From IMG/VR virus record IMGVR_UViG_3300008259_000009: a DNA stretch of 64,000 nt. One strand, 5' to 3'. The position numbers were made by a program, and so were the translations under genes. Under the pieces are notes generated by a model. It made no database searches. It was not told the DNA's origin and saw only the letters and a list, made by a program, of their open reading frames with translations. The stretch is from a virus. Position 1 is the first letter of the stretch; each line of letters begins with the position of its first letter. Shown here piece after piece: positions 61,423-64,000 of this stretch.

Positions 61423-62097
61423 TTACTCCTCTTTAGATGCATATTTAATACCCATTATAGTACCTATAATTGAGAAAGCGTTAGTTAACAGTATACCAAA
61501 CATATTTGACCAAGCGGCACTTATAACTTGTGTGTCTTTACCCATGAGCATAGTGAATACATAAACCCCTGTTGTAATAAACCCAACACCTACAATAATC
61601 CATAATGCAACTCTAACAATAGTTGAAATTAATTGGTTTTGGGTTCTTTTTTGAAGTAAGTCTAAGTCGTTTTCGGCACTTTGCTTTGCGGTTTCAGCGT
61701 CAATCTTAGCTTGTTCGGCCTTAACCATTTCATTTTTTAGCTCCTCAGTTAATCTAAGGTTATCTTGTTTCCACTCATTAAGTTCTCTATTTTGGACTTC
61801 AAAAGTCAACCTTGATTCCTCAACTTCTCTTAAAGTTTCTTGTAATTCCCCAAGTATTCTTTCATTTTCATTATTGGCGTTAGTTAATTCGTCGTTTTGC
61901 TTTTGAATTTTTTTTGTCATTTCAAGACGTTTTTTTCTTTTTTCTTCATCTTTAGTTTGACAAGTTTTTAAATACTCTTTAAACTCTTCATCATCCTCAC
62001 CATCAATAAGTTTGGTAATATTACCCTCAAGACCTATACCCTTTTTATTATATAAGTCAATTAACGTTTTTTTAGTATTTAAATCTATTTTAATCAT
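61423..62097 (-). CDS. Coiled-coil protein with two C-terminal TM helices
   Basis: Heptad region then IVRVALWIIVGVGFITTGVYVF and AAWSNMFGILLTNAFSIIGTIMG. Confidence 0.75.
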   Translation of the reverse strand: MIKIDLNTKKTLIDLYNKKGIGLEGNITKLIDGEDDEEFKEYLKTCQTKDEEKRKKRLEMTKKIQKQNDELTNANNENERILGELQETLREVEESRLTFEVQNRELNEWKQDNLRLTEELKNEMVKAEQAKIDAETAKQSAENDLDLLQKRTQNQLISTIVRVALWIIVGVGFITTGVYVFTMLMGKDTQVISAAWSNMFGILLTNAFSIIGTIMGIKYASKEE

Positions 62098-62531
62098 CTG
62101 TATATTTTAAATGGTGCGGTTCTATTTTTATACCCATCGTAATCATTTCTAAATTCTTCTAATCTAGGTTCTATCTCATCCGATTTAATAATCCAAAATT
62201 GAGCTCCAGCATGTACTGCTTTAGCTTGCTCTTCAGACTCGTTAGATGAAGAGATTATCCCAATAACTACGTGGTTTCCATATTGAAAATTTATTTTTCT
62301 AATGAGTTCAATACCATCAAATGAACTTCCTACTATGTTTAAATCAACAAACACACATTCAGGTTTGTCCTCGGTATTATTTTCTTCAAACCATTTTTTA
62401 AACATTTTTTCGGCCTCGTCTGCGCTAGTAACTGATTGTAAAGATAAACTTATGTCCAAAAGAGAACACGCATCTTCAAATACTAAATGGAATAAATCCT
62501 CATCATCCACTAACAAAATTGAATCAATCAT
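62094..62531 (-). CDS. Stand-alone response-regulator receiver domain
   Basis: LLVDD, FVDLN phospho-Asp, ISSS, IIKSD. Confidence 0.88.
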   Translation of the reverse strand: MIDSILLVDDEDLFHLVFEDACSLLDISLSLQSVTSADEAEKMFKKWFEENNTEDKPECVFVDLNIVGSSFDGIELIRKINFQYGNHVVIGIISSSNESEEQAKAVHAGAQFWIIKSDEIEPRLEEFRNDYDGYKNRTAPFKIYR

Positions 62532-62534
62532 TTT

Positions 62535-64000
62535 TTAATTTTTTATTTTTATTTTTATTTTGGTCCCTATTTTGTTCTTCTCACAAGATATCTCAAAACC
62601 ATGTTCTTTAAGTATTGCAATACAAATATTTAAACCCAACCCTGTACCAGATTCTTTTTGTCCTTCCTTTCTAGTATACGGTTGAGATAATTTCTCAAAG
62701 TCTTTTTGGGTTATCCCTCTACCATTATCTTGGATGATAATGTGACTTTCTTCACTATAAATTTTTACAAATTTAGTATCACTATCATTATATTTTAACC
62801 CGTTTCTAATTAGATTATCAACTGCGGTACAAAATAAAGATTCATTAACTTCTAATGTAGGTAACTCTTCTAATACGACTTGTGACTTATAAGATGTACT
62901 TGATAAGTAACTATCTAATATTTCTTTTACGTTACAAACAGTTTTTTCTAAAACAGCATCTTTCTTAACTAAATTAGTAAACTCATAAACCCCCTTATAT
63001 ACTTTTTGCGAATGTTTTAACCCTTCCCTCAACATTTTAAGAGGACCTTCAATTTTTAACCTTTCAATATCATCATTAGTTAATCGTCGTTCTAGTGAAC
63101 TCAACCCTCTTGGGATGTAAGTATTTATCCCTGAGTGCATATCGTGTCTTAGTATTTTTGCCGCATGCTCTAAATAGGTGTTTTTTTTGTCAATCTCTTT
63201 TAAAGTTTTCATTAACTCTGTTACATCATATCTTATTGACATAAATCCTGTAAGGTTATTGTCGCTATCAAATTCGGCCTTAATATATGAATCAACCCAA
63301 TACAATTCACCGTTTTTATTTTTATTAGTTACGACATTGTTCCATATTTTATTATCCACTAATATTGTTTTATACATATCGGACCAATATTTTTTTGGGT
63401 GAGCCCCTGAATTAACAATATTATGGTCTTGACCTAAAACTTCAGATAAAGACCAACCTGAAACTTCTTCAAACCTCTTATTAACATAAGTTATTTTACC
63501 ATTTTTATCCGCTTTACTAACCAATACTGAATAGTCAATAAATCCTTCAATGTCTTTAATATTTTTACTTACGTTATTTGATATTTTAACTGAATACGCA
63601 AATGAATAAAGTGATGATAAAATTTGCGCAAAATTAACTTCTAAGTTAGTCCACTCTCGTTTAGTTAGACTTTCAATACAGATAACGCCTATAATATCAC
63701 CCCCATATATTATGGGAACGTCTAACATAGACTTAATACCTAATGGTTTAAGGTAACTATCTTTAAAACAATTTGTCGCCTGATGAGTCTCAGCATCATT
63801 GGCAATTATTATTGGATTATATATTAATGACGTAAAATAAGACTCAAAATCTTTTTTAAATAATTCAGTTCCACTATACCATTTATTTTCACTTTTAACG
63901 AATAATTGTTCACAAATTATTGATGTTTTATCCTCATTATATAACCATATGGAACATCTATCAGTGTTTATTGTTTCAGTCACTTCATTTGTTAATATTT
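62535..64000 (-). CDS. GAF-PAS sensor histidine kinase (5'-truncated at window edge)
   Basis: GAF (SMLDVPII...GVICIE), PAS (ITYVNKRFEEVSGW), H-box LRHDMHSG, N-box NLIRNG, DNGRG, GTGLGL; frame open to position 64000. Confidence 0.9.
   Translation of the reverse strand, partial: ILTNEVTETINTDRCSIWLYNEDKTSIICEQLFVKSENKWYSGTELFKKDFESYFTSLIYNPIIIANDAETHQATNCFKDSYLKPLGIKSMLDVPIIYGGDIIGVICIESLTKREWTNLEVNFAQILSSLYSFAYSVKISNNVSKNIKDIEGFIDYSVLVSKADKNGKITYVNKRFEEVSGWSLSEVLGQDHNIVNSGAHPKKYWSDMYKTILVDNKIWNNVVTNKNKNGELYWVDSYIKAEFDSDNNLTGFMSIRYDVTELMKTLKEIDKKNTYLEHAAKILRHDMHSGINTYIPRGLSSLERRLTNDDIERLKIEGPLKMLREGLKHSQKVYKGVYEFTNLVKKDAVLEKTVCNVKEILDSYLSSTSYKSQVVLEELPTLEVNESLFCTAVDNLIRNGLKYNDSDTKFVKIYSEESHIIIQDNGRGITQKDFEKLSQPYTRKEGQKESGTGLGLNICIAILKEHGFEISCEKNKIGTKIKIKIKN

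Noticed and set aside
1-64000. CRISPR array
   Set aside because: No run of equal-length repeats with unique spacers. All tandem repeats (175-225, 480-550, 5020-5205, 15570-15622) are in-frame coding linkers.
1-64000. Stop-codon reassignment
   Set aside because: Conserved genes (MCP, TerL, portal, DnaK, ClpC) are full length in the standard code, and no suppressor-anticodon tRNA was found.

Overview
A 64-kb segment of an AT-rich huge (jumbo-type) T4-like dsDNA phage, read in the standard genetic code. The host is most likely Bacteroidota: TTG-N19-22-TAnnTTTG promoters, a Gly-resume tmRNA and a bS21 gene inside the head module all point that way. 1-17.6 kb is head morphogenesis (MCP gp23, scaffold gp22, protease gp21, bS21, portal gp20, TerL gp17). 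17.7-24 kb holds N-domain-less ClpC, a peptidase, a compact tmRNA and a ~720-nt GOLLD-like structured RNA. 24-32 kb holds candidate lysis genes, a GIY-YIG/NUMOD3 endonuclease and RNA-repair genes. 32.4-39.4 kb is a minus-strand array of 24 tRNA genes covering all 20 amino acids, interleaved with many unexplained structured RNAs and interrupted by a type II R-M-like pair. 39.6-64 kb holds a glycosyltransferase fusion, putative virion-internal proteins, metabolic genes, DnaK and a truncated two-component system. Main discovery candidates: (1) two leader-peptide/terminator units in front of the two tRNA sub-clusters whose amino-acid content matches the tRNAs they precede, suggesting tRNA-shortage-sensing attenuation; (2) three oversized tRNA-like RNAs; (3) a dense set of unnamed structured ncRNAs plus the GOLLD-like RNA; (4) a shared N-terminal motif on about a dozen unrelated late proteins, resembling a capsid-targeting signal. 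All calls were made by eye from the sequence and the supplied ORFs; no database search or folding program was run.
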